DNA from: Minisyncoccota bacterium
Lineage (GTDB): Bacteria > Patescibacteriota > Minisyncoccia > Phycocordibacterales > PALSA-1337
Length of the DNA: 56,023 bases
Reading direction: 5' to 3'
NCBI GenBank assembly: GCA_028713005.1
Contig: JAQTPC010000006.1
Coordinates: forward strand, 1 to 56,023
Each line of letters starts with the position of its first letter. Positions within the stretch are counted from its first letter, which is position 1. Below the pieces are notes generated by a model, which had not been told where the DNA came from, did no database searches, and saw nothing but the letters and a program-made list of their open reading frames with translations. Position numbers and translations under genes: made by a program. This document shows positions 16,979 through 27,326 of this stretch, in pieces.

Positions 16979-18001
16979 TTAGAGATTATACAGTTCTTTC
17001 GCCTTTGATACAATTTTTTCTTTTGCCTCGTCCAAACTAATACCACTAAAACGTATACCTGCAGCTGCCCTATGTCCTCCTCCACCAAGCGCAACAGCGA
17101 GTTTTGAAACATCAAATCTCTCTATGTCGCGACTACGCATACTCACTTTGACTATGCCGGGTTCACGTTCTACAAGTATCATGCCGACATTCCAACCGAT
17201 AACTGATTTGAGCTTATTAGGAATATCAGTGTGAATAGAATCGATCGCAATGCCATTCTCCTGAATCTGCTTGAGAGATATAGATGTCATAACGATATTT
17301 TCGCTCAAGAAAGTTTCGATAGAGTTGAGTGCGATTTTTTCAAAGTAGATCGCTTGCTTATTCTGACTATTTTCCATATGAAATATCACATCGACAAAAT
17401 CAGGGGCGGTTTTGACGAGAGCTGTCGCAATCTGGAAAACACGATAATCTACTGGATGATACTTAAGTCCGCCACTATCTGTATACAAGCCCATAAATAA
17501 ATTGAGTGCTATACCATGAGTGATTTCTATGCCCCACAATAAAAAGAGTTGATAGAGAATAACCGTGGTTGATGTACACATCTCAACGAGATTGATATCA
17601 GCAAACTGAGTATTAGACTTATGATGATCGATATTGATCGAACGGATAGACAGTGGGAATATGGGAGGATTTTTGGCTGAAACTCTATCTGGTGAACCAC
17701 TATCAAGAGCGATGAAGAGATCAAACTCAGGTAAGTCTACTTCATTGAAATTTTTTCCAACGACAGATTCAATACCTGGAAAAAGAGAAAAGCCGTCTGA
17801 AAGCAAAGCAGCATCACCACGTATGACTGTTACCTTTTTACCTAACTGCTCACAGGCCAGCTTCATGGCCAATGCAGAACAAACTGAATCAGGATCAGGA
17901 GATGGATGACAGTGAAAGAGAATGTTTTTTGCTTTTTGTATCTCAGCTAAGATGAGAGGTGCCTGCTCACGGATGAGTGGTGATATTTCGCTTGGATTCA
18001 T
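16979..18001 (-). CDS. DHH/DHHA1 phosphoesterase (NrnA-like oligoribonuclease/pAp phosphatase)
   Basis: HCHPSPDPDSVCSALAM, IDHHKSN and GGGHRAAAG motifs are present. The start is trimmed to ATG 18001 (MNPSEISP). Confidence 0.85.
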   Translation of the reverse strand: MNPSEISPLIREQAPLILAEIQKAKNILFHCHPSPDPDSVCSALAMKLACEQLGKKVTVIRGDAALLSDGFSLFPGIESVVGKNFNEVDLPEFDLFIALDSGSPDRVSAKNPPIFPLSIRSINIDHHKSNTQFADINLVEMCTSTTVILYQLFLLWGIEITHGIALNLFMGLYTDSGGLKYHPVDYRVFQIATALVKTAPDFVDVIFHMENSQNKQAIYFEKIALNSIETFLSENIVMTSISLKQIQENGIAIDSIHTDIPNKLKSVIGWNVGMILVEREPGIVKVSMRSRDIERFDVSKLAVALGGGGHRAAAGIRFSGISLDEAKEKIVSKAKELYNL

Positions 18002-18040
18002 AAGTAATCTTATATTACTTGAAATGGGACCGAATTGCAC

Positions 18041-18439
18041 CTATCTATTAAGCCACGTGACACTGAGCTGTAGTACAGTTGCAAAAATGACCCACAGTAA
18101 ATACGGTACTTGCGCATAGGCAATAATACGAGAATGCGGCCAGATGGCGCATATTGCCCATATAAGTGTTCCGAGAACCAAAATAATATCGATAGCAGCA
18201 AGATAATTATTTTTAAGTCCAAACTGTAAAGGAGTAAAGGACAAATTGAAAATAATATTTAGAATAAAAGGAACGACAATGATCCATGGGATCGCACCTT
18301 TTATAGCGAGATAGAACACCCGAGTAAATGTTATTGCGATGATTATATACAATACACTCCATACCGGGCCAAAAATCCAACTCGGTGGAGCAAACGGTGG
18401 TTTAATGAGATTTGAATACCAAGAATATGTTTGATTCAT
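18041..18439 (-). CDS. TspO/MBR family tryptophan-rich sensory protein
   Basis: WYSNLIKPPFAPPSWIFGPVWSVLYIIIAITF and five hydrophobic segments. ATG 18439 lies 1 nt after the msrB stop. Confidence 0.85.
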   Translation of the reverse strand: MNQTYSWYSNLIKPPFAPPSWIFGPVWSVLYIIIAITFTRVFYLAIKGAIPWIIVVPFILNIIFNLSFTPLQFGLKNNYLAAIDIILVLGTLIWAICAIWPHSRIIAYAQVPYLLWVIFATVLQLSVTWLNR

Positions 18440-18440
18440 A

Positions 18441-18830
18441 TTATTTTTTACCCTCTTCCTCTGCCGCAAGCTCAAGACAGACAGAGTTCATGCAATATCT
18501 CTTGCCTGTTCCGGTAGGACCGTCATCAAATACATGACCGAGATGCGAACCACATGTAGCGCATACAACCTCCGTTCTACTCATACCATGACTTACGTCT
18601 TCGATCAGTTTAGTGGCACCAGGAAGCGCTTGATCAAACGATGGCCAACCAGTACCCGAATCAAACTTGGCAGTCGAAGGAAAGAGTGCCGTACCGCAGA
18701 CTTTGCACATGTATATTCCCGATCTTTTTTCATTGAGCAGCTCACCGCTAAATGGTGCCTCAGTGCCCTTTTCACGAAGGACATGATACTCGCCAGGGGT
18801 TAATTTATTTTTGATCTCTTCTTCATTCAT
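18441..18830 (-). CDS. msrB: Peptide-methionine (R)-S-oxide reductase
   Basis: GIYMCKVCGTALFPSTAKFDSGTGWPSFD, CATCGSHLGHVFDDGP and RYCMNS motifs are present. An alternative upstream ATG lies at 18866. Confidence 0.9.
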   Translation of the reverse strand: MNEEEIKNKLTPGEYHVLREKGTEAPFSGELLNEKRSGIYMCKVCGTALFPSTAKFDSGTGWPSFDQALPGATKLIEDVSHGMSRTEVVCATCGSHLGHVFDDGPTGTGKRYCMNSVCLELAAEEEGKK

Positions 18831-18882
18831 ATTTTTATTGTATTTATTTGCATCATTCGCAACCATTTGTAATTTGCATCGA

Positions 18883-19422
18883 TTATTTTAATAAATTTTC
18901 AAATCTCTTCTGCAGCTTCTCCAGCTTTGGCGCAATTACGAGCTGGCAATATGGCTGGCCTTCATGATTTTTATAATATTCATGATGATAATCTTCGGCT
19001 ACATAAAATACATCGAGCGGTTTCACTTCTGTTACCACGGGCTTGTCATATGCTTCCCTGTCATTGAGCTCTTTGACGAGGCGTTCAGCTTTTTCCTTTT
19101 GCTCATCAGTCGTATAAAATATTGCCGAGCGATATTGCGTACCTATATCATTACCCTGTCTGTTTACTGTCGTCGGATCATGAGTATTGAAATAAACCGA
19201 TAATAGATCGTCATACGAAATAACTGCAGGGTCATACTGGATCTCTATAGCTTCAGCATGACCAGTGTTGCCATTACTGACTTGCTCATAGGTTGGATTG
19301 GCTAATGTACCACCAGTATATCCTGGCTTCACTATGCTTACCCCCTTGAGCATGGCAAAAACTGCTTCTGTGCACCAGAAACAACCATTGGCAAATATTG
19401 CTTTTTGTAGTGTTGTACTCAT
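18883..19422 (-). CDS. msrA: Peptide-methionine (S)-S-oxide reductase
   Basis: AIFANGCFWCTEAVF and GHAEAIEIQYDP motifs are present. The track ORF has a 65-aa TTG-initiated extension, which I rejected. ATG 19422 has TATAAT 6 nt upstream. Confidence 0.9.
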   Translation of the reverse strand: MSTTLQKAIFANGCFWCTEAVFAMLKGVSIVKPGYTGGTLANPTYEQVSNGNTGHAEAIEIQYDPAVISYDDLLSVYFNTHDPTTVNRQGNDIGTQYRSAIFYTTDEQKEKAERLVKELNDREAYDKPVVTEVKPLDVFYVAEDYHHEYYKNHEGQPYCQLVIAPKLEKLQKRFENLLK

Positions 19423-19454
19423 ATGTCTATTATATACCTCTGCTCCATAAACTG

Positions 19455-19490
19455 CACAAACAAAAATACGCCCCCGATAGAGCGTATTTT
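19455..19490 (-). terminator. Intrinsic terminator downstream of the 43-aa basic ORF
   Basis: The minus strand reads AAATACGC-loop-GCGTATTT followed by TTGTTTG. Confidence 0.5.
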
Positions 19491-19507
19491 GCGTGAAATG
19501 ATAGAGA

Positions 19508-19639
19508 CTAACGCTTGCCCTTCTTTGCTTTCTTTGCACGCTTTGGTGCAAGACGTGCACGCTTTGTTGCGAGACGTTTTGTTGTCTTGCGACTGCGTGT
19601 AGCACGCTTTTTTCCAACTCCGGTGATTCTTTTTGCCAT
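19508..19639 (-). CDS. Unannotated 43-aa extremely basic small ORF
   Basis: Below the track size cutoff. The translation is MAKRITGVGKKRATRSRKTTKRLATKRARLAPKRAKKAKKGKR followed by TAG, with 21 of 43 residues K/R by my count. It has its own terminator. No SD is visible, but none is seen elsewhere either. Confidence 0.4.
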   Translation of the reverse strand: MAKRITGVGKKRATRSRKTTKRLATKRARLAPKRAKKAKKGKR

Positions 19640-19750
19640 GGAGATAAAATTAAATTACGAGACAGCTGATATGTCTACTATTGTACAATACAATGTTTTA
19701 AAAACAAAATGGTTGTGCGTCTTTTTTATAACCTATAGTATGATGAGATT

Positions 19751-20326
19751 ATGAATACCGATGAAGATCTCGTCCGAGAGATAAAAAAAGGTGACGATGC
19801 TTCCTTCCACATTCTCATGTCTCGCTACATGAAGCATGTGTTTAATTTTATACTTCAATATGTTCGTGTCCGAGAAGAAGCAGAGGATGTAACGCAAGAT
19901 GCATTCTTCAAAGCGTGGAAACATATCAACCGCTTCAAAGATGGTATGAAATTTAAACCATGGCTCTTCACCATAGCTCGAAATACTGCCCTTGATTACA
20001 TAAAAAAGAAGAAAGCTGTTGTCTTCTCAGAAATGGATCAAACTGATTCAGATGGTGAAGCAATTTCGACATTTTCTGACACCCTAACTGACGAAGCTCC
20101 GTTACCACCAGAGATTTTTGCCAACAAAGAACTTGGTAGCCAACTCGATGTGGCTATGAACATTTTACATCCGGATCATCGTGCAGTACTCATCATGCAC
20201 TATCATGAAGACATGACATTCGAAGAGATCGCAGATACGATAAAAAAACCGATGAATACTATTAAAAGTTGGCATCGACGGTCGCTTGAAAAGATACGCG
20301 ACTCGCTTGTGCATATTCGCCCCTGA
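19751..20326 (+). CDS. ECF-subfamily RNA polymerase sigma-70 factor
   Basis: Region 2 is VFNFILQYVRVREEAEDVTQDAFFKAWKHINRF...FKPWLFTIARNTALDYIKKKK. Region 4 is DHRAVLIMHYHEDMTFEEIADTIKKPMNTIKSWHRRSLEKI. Confidence 0.9.
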   Translation: MNTDEDLVREIKKGDDASFHILMSRYMKHVFNFILQYVRVREEAEDVTQDAFFKAWKHINRFKDGMKFKPWLFTIARNTALDYIKKKKAVVFSEMDQTDSDGEAISTFSDTLTDEAPLPPEIFANKELGSQLDVAMNILHPDHRAVLIMHYHEDMTFEEIADTIKKPMNTIKSWHRRSLEKIRDSLVHIRP

Positions 20327-20373
20327 TGGCCAACTGCACCGAAATATCCGCTGTATTCGTATAACTACTACAC

Positions 20374-20802
20374 ATGAAACCAGAGAAAACATACAAGAAA
20401 CTATTTACCTATGCAACAGTAGCTGAACCTCGTAAAGACGTCGGCATACGCGTCGTAACACGCATTCAGAAAGCTCGTATCATACAGATCCGGGTTCGTG
20501 CAGGCGTATATAGTTTTTTTGTATTAGGTACGCTTACTGGCCTCGCACCAGCCGGACAAAACCTATGGAACAGTGCGACCGAATCTGGCTTCCTCCAGTT
20601 TGCTTCACTTGGATGGAGTGATGGTGCGTCAGTACTTGGCTCGTGGAAAACGTTTGCCTTCACTCTCGCAGAATCAGCACCGATACTTGAGACAAGTGCC
20701 GTACTTGGACTCATACTTGTTGGTGCATACTCCCTCAAGCGCAGCACATACTATTTTTCAAAGATGAGCGTGGGCACAGAAACATCATTCGCCACCGCAT
20801 AA
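20374..20802 (+). CDS. Membrane protein, putative anti-sigma factor (by position only)
   Basis: It follows the ECF sigma gene and has hydrophobic segments VYSFFVLGTLTGLAP and AVLGLILVGAYS. I recognise no family. Confidence 0.45.
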   Translation: MKPEKTYKKLFTYATVAEPRKDVGIRVVTRIQKARIIQIRVRAGVYSFFVLGTLTGLAPAGQNLWNSATESGFLQFASLGWSDGASVLGSWKTFAFTLAESAPILETSAVLGLILVGAYSLKRSTYYFSKMSVGTETSFATA

Positions 20803-20829
20803 ATTATCCATATTCTATATTCCAACAAT

Positions 20830-21324
20830 ATGAAATTCAAACATTTCCTCAAATCATTTCAGTCTGAAAAATACACACATCTCCTGCGCTACCTGAGCTT
20901 TGCGTTTGCAGGACTGATCATATTTGGCGCAGGTATATATGTAGGACACAGAGCCACGGACTTCTCATACCAATGGGGAGCAAATTATTCCCGTGAATTC
21001 AGTGGTCCACATTCACCATTTGGAGGAGAGATCGACGATGCTCCATCTATGCCTCATGGTGCATTTGGCGCTGTCATTGGTATCAACTTCCCTTCATTTG
21101 CTATCAAAGGACCATATGAAGCTGAAAAGATCATCCTCATCAGCACCTCGACATTGATTCGCGCTCTACGTGCCGAAGCATCTACCACTGATATCCATGT
21201 CGGTTCAGCGGTCATAGTCATCGGCGAGCCGGACGATCATGGCAGGATCAATGCAACACTTATCCGCATCATGCCACCACCCGCAGGTGCGATGACTGGC
21301 AGTAGTAGTAATTTGAAACGCTAA
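20830..21324 (+). CDS. TM-anchored hypothetical protein
   Basis: The N-terminal anchor is LLRYLSFAFAGLIIFGAGIYVG. TATATT lies 8 nt upstream of the ATG. Confidence 0.6.
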   Translation: MKFKHFLKSFQSEKYTHLLRYLSFAFAGLIIFGAGIYVGHRATDFSYQWGANYSREFSGPHSPFGGEIDDAPSMPHGAFGAVIGINFPSFAIKGPYEAEKIILISTSTLIRALRAEASTTDIHVGSAVIVIGEPDDHGRINATLIRIMPPPAGAMTGSSSNLKR

Positions 21325-21341
21325 TATTAACTCATCATCTC

Positions 21342-23192
21342 ATGACACCATTCATCAAAAAATGCAGTTCAAAAATATGGTCATTTGTTCTATCTCATAA
21401 GATATGGGCGATCGTAATCTTGTTTGTACTAGTCGGCGGATGTTATGAGATATATGCAAAGATATCAACAGGAAGCACCGAGACGCAGTATACGCTCTCA
21501 ATGGCACACCTTGGTACCCTGACACAGACGGTAACTGGTACGGGACAGGTCTCAGCGCTCAATCAGCTGGATGTTACAAGTAAAGTGAGCGGCACGATCA
21601 CTTCGATCAATATATCAGTTGGTGACAGAGTCAAAAAGGGTGACCTTATCGCTACTATAGATTCAACTGATGCGCGTCGCACACTTGAAGCTGCTCGTAT
21701 CTCTCTCGAAAAGCTCACTACTCCCCCAAAGACAACGGACCTTTCTGAAGCAAATAGTAGTGTAACTAAAGCCTATGACAATGGCTTTAGTACAGTAGCA
21801 GGGATATTCACTGATCTGCCAAATATCGTATCGGGCATGAAAGATCTTTTTTATAATCAGAGTGGCTTTTTAGGCGACCAACGTTCTCCAAATCTCTCTG
21901 AGACTGCTCGTGGATATCGAGATACTGCCGGACAAAAATACGACAAGGCTGTCGCTGAATATAACCAAACTCTAGCCATATTTAAAACAGTCAGCCGAGA
22001 TAGCGCCACATCGAGCATCGACAATTTACTTGAGAATACATATACCATGATTAAAGACATGGCTGAGGCAGTTACTAGTGCACGAACAGCGATCACTTTT
22101 ATCACTACTTCTCAGCCGGAGTATTATTCAAATGCAGCAACAACAGCTGCAAGCAACGTGAACTCATGGTCAAACACGACCAACAGCGATGTATCGAGTG
22201 TCGTATCTGCTCAGAGCACGATCCAGAGCAGTGGCAACACTTTGCAAACCCTCATCGCAGGAACAGACTCGCTCGATCTCCAATCACAACAACTAAGCTA
22301 TGCTCAAGCGCAACAAACCTATGCAAACTATTTTATCCGCGCACCGTTTGATGGCATCGTAGGTAAAATCAGCGCTTCTGTATATAGCCAGGCAGGGAGC
22401 GCTGCCATAGCAACTCTCATTGGTGAACAAAAGATATCGACTATTTCTTTGAATGAGATAGATGCCGCGAAAGTAAAACAAGGCCAGCCGGTCAACATTA
22501 CCTTTGATGCTATCGATGGTTTGACAGCAACGGGAACAGTCGCTTCAGTGGATCTCGTCGGTACAGTCAGTTCAGGAGTTGTCACTTACAATGTGAAAAT
22601 ATTGATCAATACTACTGACTCACGCATCAAACCAGGCATGAGCCTCAATGCTACGATCGTCACCGAACAAAAAGAAGGAGTTCTCCTTGTTCCTTCAGGC
22701 GCCATAAAGACGCGTGGAAATGTTCATTACGTCCAAGTATTGGAAACAGCGATGGCTTCGTCCACATTTAACCGTAGCAGGATTGCATCTTCGACCACAT
22801 CGAGCTCAACAGGTACACGAACGTTTACACGTACAGCTGGTTCAGGATCATCAAATGCTAACCGAGCTACAGGTATAGCTGTTACCTCAGCTACTGCTCC
22901 TACAGAAGTCACTGTCACTATCGGCGATGCGGACGATACAAATACAGAAGTTTTGAGCGGTCTCACTGCTGGACAAGCAGTAGTTACAAAAACTACAACA
23001 GTAGCTCAAGGCACAACAGCAACGACTGCGACGAGTGGCGGACTCCTGGGAGGACTCTTGGGCGGCAACAGACAAGGGGCGACTCGCACAACCACATCAG
23101 GTAATGCAACTTTCCGAACAACTACATCTGGTGCTACAAATGCCACAAACGCAAATAGTGGAGTAAGTGCTCCCCCACCAGGTGCATTCTAA
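21342..23192 (+). CDS. HlyD/MacA-family periplasmic adaptor with a long Thr/Ser-rich C-terminal tail
   Basis: An N-terminal TM is followed by the lipoyl-like [24 protein letters not shown], a long helical hairpin, [12 protein letters not shown] and a beta-barrel region. The low-complexity tail contains [15 protein letters not shown]...[18 protein letters not shown]. Confidence 0.85.
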   Translation: MTPFIKKCSSKIWSFVLSHKIWAIVILFVLVGGCYEIYAKISTGSTETQYTLSMAHLGTLTQTVTGTGQVSALNQLDVTSKVSGTITSINISVGDRVKKGDLIATIDSTDARRTLEAARISLEKLTTPPKTTDLSEANSSVTKAYDNGFSTVAGIFTDLPNIVSGMKDLFYNQSGFLGDQRSPNLSETARGYRDTAGQKYDKAVAEYNQTLAIFKTVSRDSATSSIDNLLENTYTMIKDMAEAVTSARTAITFITTSQPEYYSNAATTAASNVNSWSNTTNSDVSSVVSAQSTIQSSGNTLQTLIAGTDSLDLQSQQLSYAQAQQTYANYFIRAPFDGIVGKISASVYSQAGSAAIATLIGEQKISTISLNEIDAAKVKQGQPVNITFDAIDGLTATGTVASVDLVGTVSSGVVTYNVKILINTTDSRIKPGMSLNATIVTEQKEGVLLVPSGAIKTRGNVHYVQVLETAMASSTFNRSRIASSTTSSSTGTRTFTRTAGSGSSNANRATGIAVTSATAPTEVTVTIGDADDTNTEVLSGLTAGQAVVTKTTTVAQGTTATTATSGGLLGGLLGGNRQGATRTTTSGNATFRTTTSGATNATNANSGVSAPPPGAF

Positions 23193-23194
23193 AT

Positions 23195-23914
23195 ATGATT
23201 GAAGTAAAAAATATCAAAAAAACATATGTCATGGGAGACAATGAAACCCAGGCTTTACGTGGAGTATCATTTGAGATTGCCGACGGAGAGTTTGTCGCTA
23301 TCATGGGACCATCCGGTTCAGGTAAATCGACCCTGATGCATATCCTCGGTGCTCTCGACACACCCACATCTGGCACATATAAACTCGATGGAAAAGATGT
23401 CTCAAAACTCTCTGATGATGAGCTAGCGACGATACGCCGTGACCGTATCGGTTTTGTCTTCCAGTCATTCAATCTCCTTCCTCGTGCCACCGTCATGCGC
23501 AATGTTACCCTCCCCCTCATATATGCTGGTGTACCTGAACTAGAACGCGAAAAGCGTGCTCGAAAATCTCTCGAGTCAGCAGGGCTCTCTGAAGATCGTT
23601 ACAATCACAAATCAAATCAGCTTTCTGGTGGACAGATACAGCGTGTTGCTATCGCTCGTGCGCTCGTCAACAATCCTTCTCTCATCCTCGCTGATGAACC
23701 GACTGGCAACCTCGATTCACAAACCGGTGATATCGTACTTGGCACATTCCAACGACTCAACAAAGACCTCGGTTGCACTATCGTACTCATCACCCACGAA
23801 CGTGAAGTGGCCGAACATGCTGACCGTATCATCTATATAAAAGACGGTTTGATCATTGAAGATGGTCGCGGTCATAACAAGCGCATTATCGAACACGCCA
23901 AGAGAAAAGTGTGA
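23195..23914 (+). CDS. ABC transporter ATP-binding protein (MacB/LolD type)
   Basis: Walker [10 protein letters not shown], signature [15 protein letters not shown] and Walker [13 protein letters not shown] are present. Confidence 0.95.
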   Translation: MIEVKNIKKTYVMGDNETQALRGVSFEIADGEFVAIMGPSGSGKSTLMHILGALDTPTSGTYKLDGKDVSKLSDDELATIRRDRIGFVFQSFNLLPRATVMRNVTLPLIYAGVPELEREKRARKSLESAGLSEDRYNHKSNQLSGGQIQRVAIARALVNNPSLILADEPTGNLDSQTGDIVLGTFQRLNKDLGCTIVLITHEREVAEHADRIIYIKDGLIIEDGRGHNKRIIEHAKRKV

Positions 23915-23944
23915 TTACGATTTCTAATTAGAAATTAATTTACT

Positions 23945-25171
23945 ATGACCACTAAAGATATACTCCACGAAACAATCTCCGCTCTCGCCGCAAACAAAGT
24001 GCGCACCACACTCACCATGCTCGGCATCATCATCGGCATCAGTTCAGTTATCATCATGGTATCGATCGGTCAGGGTGCACAAGCGTCGATCACTTCGCGT
24101 ATCCAGTCTATCGGTGCAAACTTGATCACCGTCTCCCCTGGTGCAACTCGTAGCTTTGGTTACGGCGCTTCAACAGGACGCGGCTCAGCAAAAACACTTA
24201 CTACCGAAGATGTGACAGCGATCACTGCTGATGTAAAGAACATTAATGCCGTCTCACCAGAGGTGACAGGTCGCTACCAAGTCACGGCAAAAGGCACAAA
24301 TACGAACACTTCTGTTGTTGGTGTGATGCCTGCGTATACGACTGTTCACAATACTTCAGTCGGTGATGGAGTCTTTATCTCAGATCAAGATGTGCAAAAT
24401 CGCACAAAGGTTGCTGTCATCGGACCAACTACGGCAAGTGACCTTTTTGGTGATGGTGTCGAAGCGGTCGGACAAACCTTACGTATCAATGGTATGGAAT
24501 TCAAAGTGATTGGTGTGACTGCCTCAAAAGGCACAAGCGGTATGAATAACCAAGATGACGCCATTTACATTCCCCTTTCTTCAGCACAATTATTTTTACT
24601 TGGCAGTTCAGCATATGTCACCTCACTCAGCATCTCTGCAACGGACTCAAGTGTTATGACTCAGGTGCAGACAGATATCACCGATCTTCTCATCACACGA
24701 CATAAGATAAAAGATGTTACCAAGCCTGACTTTAATGTACAAAATATGGCTGATATCGTTTCTACTGCTTCAAGTATCACCACCACATTCACATATCTCC
24801 TCGGGTCAGTTGCAGGCATATCGCTCGTAGTTGGTGGTATCGGTATCATGAACATGATGCTTACCACAGTGACTGAACGCACACGCGAGATCGGTCTACG
24901 CAAAGCAATCGGCGCAAAGCGTCGCGACATCAGCTTCCAGTTTCTCGCAGAAGCAGTGGCACTCACCGTAGTCGGCGGAGCAATCGGTGTGACACTTGGT
25001 TGGATTGTGTCGCACATCGTGACCGCGCTCGGCATACTGACGACGAGCATATCGTCAACATCAGTCATCCTCGCCTTCGGCGTATCAGCCTTTATTGGTA
25101 TCGTCTTTGGGTACTATCCTGCACGCAGAGCGTCGAGACTCAATCCGATTGAGGCGTTGAGATATGAGTAA
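23945..25171 (+). CDS. ABC transporter permease (MacB/FtsX family)
   Basis: It has a MacB_PCD-like extracytoplasmic domain and an FtsX C-terminus VGGIGIMNMMLTTVTERTREIGLRKAIGAKRRDI...PIEALRYE. Confidence 0.9.
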   Translation: MTTKDILHETISALAANKVRTTLTMLGIIIGISSVIIMVSIGQGAQASITSRIQSIGANLITVSPGATRSFGYGASTGRGSAKTLTTEDVTAITADVKNINAVSPEVTGRYQVTAKGTNTNTSVVGVMPAYTTVHNTSVGDGVFISDQDVQNRTKVAVIGPTTASDLFGDGVEAVGQTLRINGMEFKVIGVTASKGTSGMNNQDDAIYIPLSSAQLFLLGSSAYVTSLSISATDSSVMTQVQTDITDLLITRHKIKDVTKPDFNVQNMADIVSTASSITTTFTYLLGSVAGISLVVGGIGIMNMMLTTVTERTREIGLRKAIGAKRRDISFQFLAEAVALTVVGGAIGVTLGWIVSHIVTALGILTTSISSTSVILAFGVSAFIGIVFGYYPARRASRLNPIEALRYE

Positions 25172-25175
25172 GTAC

Positions 25176-25616
25176 CTAAAGTGTCTTTTTAATTTCCTCA
25201 ACAATCTTTATAAGTTCAACTTCACTCGTAGGTTCCCTATCGCCCGTACGATATAACATACTTCGTGGATCGTACCCGAGAACCCCTGCATCGCCCTCAG
25301 TTCGAGAAATAATATGCAAGTGAAAATGCGGTACTGATTGACCAGCAAGTACACCTTGATTCCATACTGAATTAAATCCTTGTGCACCAAAAGTCTTTTT
25401 AAGCGCACTCATTATTTGGTCAGCTAAACTTAATATCGCCAAGCGCTCCTCTGCAGTTAACTCTTGTAATGTGGCAACGCAACGTTTCGGTGCAATCAAA
25501 ATGTGTCCCGGTGTTATCGGGATATTTGTCGGAAAAGCCCACGCAAGATCGTTACTGATTATTTCGCGAGCCTTTATCTCTGGTTTTGAGCAAAATACGC
25601 AAGTCATAAAAATCAT
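25176..25616 (-). CDS. HIT-family nucleotide hydrolase/transferase
   Basis: CVFCSKPEI...PGHILIAPKR...VPHFHLHIISR shows the histidine triad. ATG 25607 is an alternative start. Confidence 0.85.
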   Translation of the reverse strand: MIFMTCVFCSKPEIKAREIISNDLAWAFPTNIPITPGHILIAPKRCVATLQELTAEERLAILSLADQIMSALKKTFGAQGFNSVWNQGVLAGQSVPHFHLHIISRTEGDAGVLGYDPRSMLYRTGDREPTSEVELIKIVEEIKKTL

Positions 25617-25692
25617 TATTGCTTATTTTTCACGTTTCCACAAACTACAATAAACTCAAAATGAACGTACTTACATATGCTAAAATATCCCC

Positions 25693-26382
25693 ATGAAAAT
25701 AATCCTCATCACTGGCATCAGTCGTGGTATAGGCAAAGCTCTCGCCGAAAAATATTTAGCAGAAGGCCACATAGTCATCGGCACATCAATAAACGGTAAA
25801 ATTGATTTTGAACACGAAAACCTGACAGTCTATAAATTGGATCTGTCAAAACCTCGATCGATTCTTAAATGCATCAAAAAGATAATTAAATCAGGTATTA
25901 AGATAGATATCATGCATAACAATGCCGGAGCATTATTTGACGATGAAGAGACTCATGTAATCGTAGATAAATTGCAAAGAACACTAATGGTTAACCTGAT
26001 TGGTACAATCGATTTTACTGAACAAATAATTAAAACTATACGGGACGATGGGCACATTGTGAACACTTCATCATCAGCTGGCTCATTAACGGAGACTGAC
26101 ATGAAAGATGCTTTGACTTCTCATTTTCCTTTTCATTATCCAGCATACAAGATTTCCAAGGCTGCAATAAATATGTACACGCGAACTTTGGCAATGAGAC
26201 TGGAACATGAAAAAACAGGGGTCACCGTCTCCTCAGTTCACCCTGGTTGGGTCAAGACAGACATGGGTGGCAACGACGCGCCTGTCCTCCCGTCCGAAGC
26301 TGCAGCAGACATCTACAAACTCGCTCTATCAAAACCTGAAACAGGACAATTTTGGTTCAAAGGACAAAAATATCCTTGGTAA
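25693..26382 (+). CDS. SDR-family short-chain oxidoreductase
   Basis: ITGISRGIGKALA (TGxxxGIG), NNAG, the YKISKAA catalytic Y-x3-K, and VHPGWVKTDM are present. Confidence 0.9.
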   Translation: MKIILITGISRGIGKALAEKYLAEGHIVIGTSINGKIDFEHENLTVYKLDLSKPRSILKCIKKIIKSGIKIDIMHNNAGALFDDEETHVIVDKLQRTLMVNLIGTIDFTEQIIKTIRDDGHIVNTSSSAGSLTETDMKDALTSHFPFHYPAYKISKAAINMYTRTLAMRLEHEKTGVTVSSVHPGWVKTDMGGNDAPVLPSEAAADIYKLALSKPETGQFWFKGQKYPW

Positions 26383-26383
26383 T

Positions 26384-26409
26384 AAAAAATCGGCCTGAGC
26401 CGATTTTTG
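26384..26409. terminator. Bidirectional intrinsic terminator between convergent genes
   Basis: AAAAAATCGGC-ctga-GCCGATTTTTG is flanked by an A-run and a T-run. Confidence 0.75.
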
Positions 26410-26411
26410 TT

Positions 26412-26762
26412 CTACGAAGTTCTCTTCATCGACACATCGACAACATTGTTATCGCTTGGATGCGTAGCGAACTGGCGCGCACCAAAACCAATCACCACTG
26501 AACCGATGATATATAAGATATAAAAGAATGCTGAGAGCGGGATACCGCCAACATAAAAGTCCAGACCGAACTGTGCTTCATATGAGATGAATGCCGCAAG
26601 CAAGACACCAATAGCAATGAGAAACATACCTAATGAAATGAGGCGAAGAGGCTTTCGGAGCAGATGCATAAATATGCCTGCAGACGTATAAAAATATGTT
26701 GCTGAGACAACGCCACAGATAACCGCCACGAAGATCAAAATGAGTTGTAATTTATCGGCCAT
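26412..26762 (-). CDS. Small integral membrane protein (about 4 TM)
   Basis: The start is trimmed to MADKLQLILIFVAVICGVVSATYFY. The upstream part of the track ORF overlaps the preceding gene. Confidence 0.55.
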   Translation of the reverse strand: MADKLQLILIFVAVICGVVSATYFYTSAGIFMHLLRKPLRLISLGMFLIAIGVLLAAFISYEAQFGLDFYVGGIPLSAFFYILYIIGSVVIGFGARQFATHPSDNNVVDVSMKRTS

Positions 26763-26799
26763 AATATTTAAATTAGCTATAGGTACATTATAGTACAAC

Positions 26800-27315
26800 C
26801 TACATTTTTCGACTATCGTATGCCCAGTGCATAAGCGCTTGGCGCTGACGGGTATGACACGTCTCATCTCCCGGGCGACAGTTGTGTGCTATCTGAGCTA
26901 TATGGCGCCTCATGGCCTTCCAACGCTTGATTTGACGGGCATCATCAGGATGTCTACGTCCCATATAATAACGACAATACCACTGGAACCAACCACGAGG
27001 ATCATCGGGATGTATCCACCCTTTTTCCTTCCAGACTGAAAGAGGTTGACTTGCATTCACACCAAAGAAGTTTAGCTTTGCATCGTGCTCATGAATCTCT
27101 GGAGAAGCGAGGTGTGCATTCTCAAACCATGCCTGAGGAAATTCATCCACACAATCACGCATATATACTCCACCGAATACACCAAGTTCAAACATCTCTT
27201 GTGGGGTGAGTTGTGGTTTGAAGTCTGGATCAAAGTTTTTTCCAACTGGTTCAGTCCGTTTGTAGATATATCCAGACTGCATCATATCATCAACTGTGAC
27301 TCGAGTAGCTTTCAT
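26800..27315 (-). CDS. Conserved hypothetical protein (Trp/Arg-rich; GWFQWYCRYYMGRRHPDD motif)
   Basis: A clean 171-aa ORF. The motif looks like a widespread uncharacterised family that I cannot name with confidence. Confidence 0.6.
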   Translation of the reverse strand: MKATRVTVDDMMQSGYIYKRTEPVGKNFDPDFKPQLTPQEMFELGVFGGVYMRDCVDEFPQAWFENAHLASPEIHEHDAKLNFFGVNASQPLSVWKEKGWIHPDDPRGWFQWYCRYYMGRRHPDDARQIKRWKAMRRHIAQIAHNCRPGDETCHTRQRQALMHWAYDSRKM

Positions 27316-27326
27316 AAAGAAATAAT

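Noticed and set aside
18883-19617. Long N-terminal extensions of track ORFs: msrA to 19617, plus 6871, 18040, 18475, 26867, 33169, 35077, 41855, 43077, 46456, 55538 and 15658.
   Set aside because: The extensions overlap upstream genes or regulatory hairpins and often start at GTG or TTG. They lack similarity to the family N-termini. Internal ATGs coincide with family-typical N-termini and with upstream -10-like hexamers.
22740-23192. Thr/Ser/Gly-rich tail of the first HlyD-family protein as a separate gene or repeat element.
   Set aside because: It is continuous in frame with the adaptor domain and has no internal start or terminator signals. It is treated as a low-complexity C-terminal extension.
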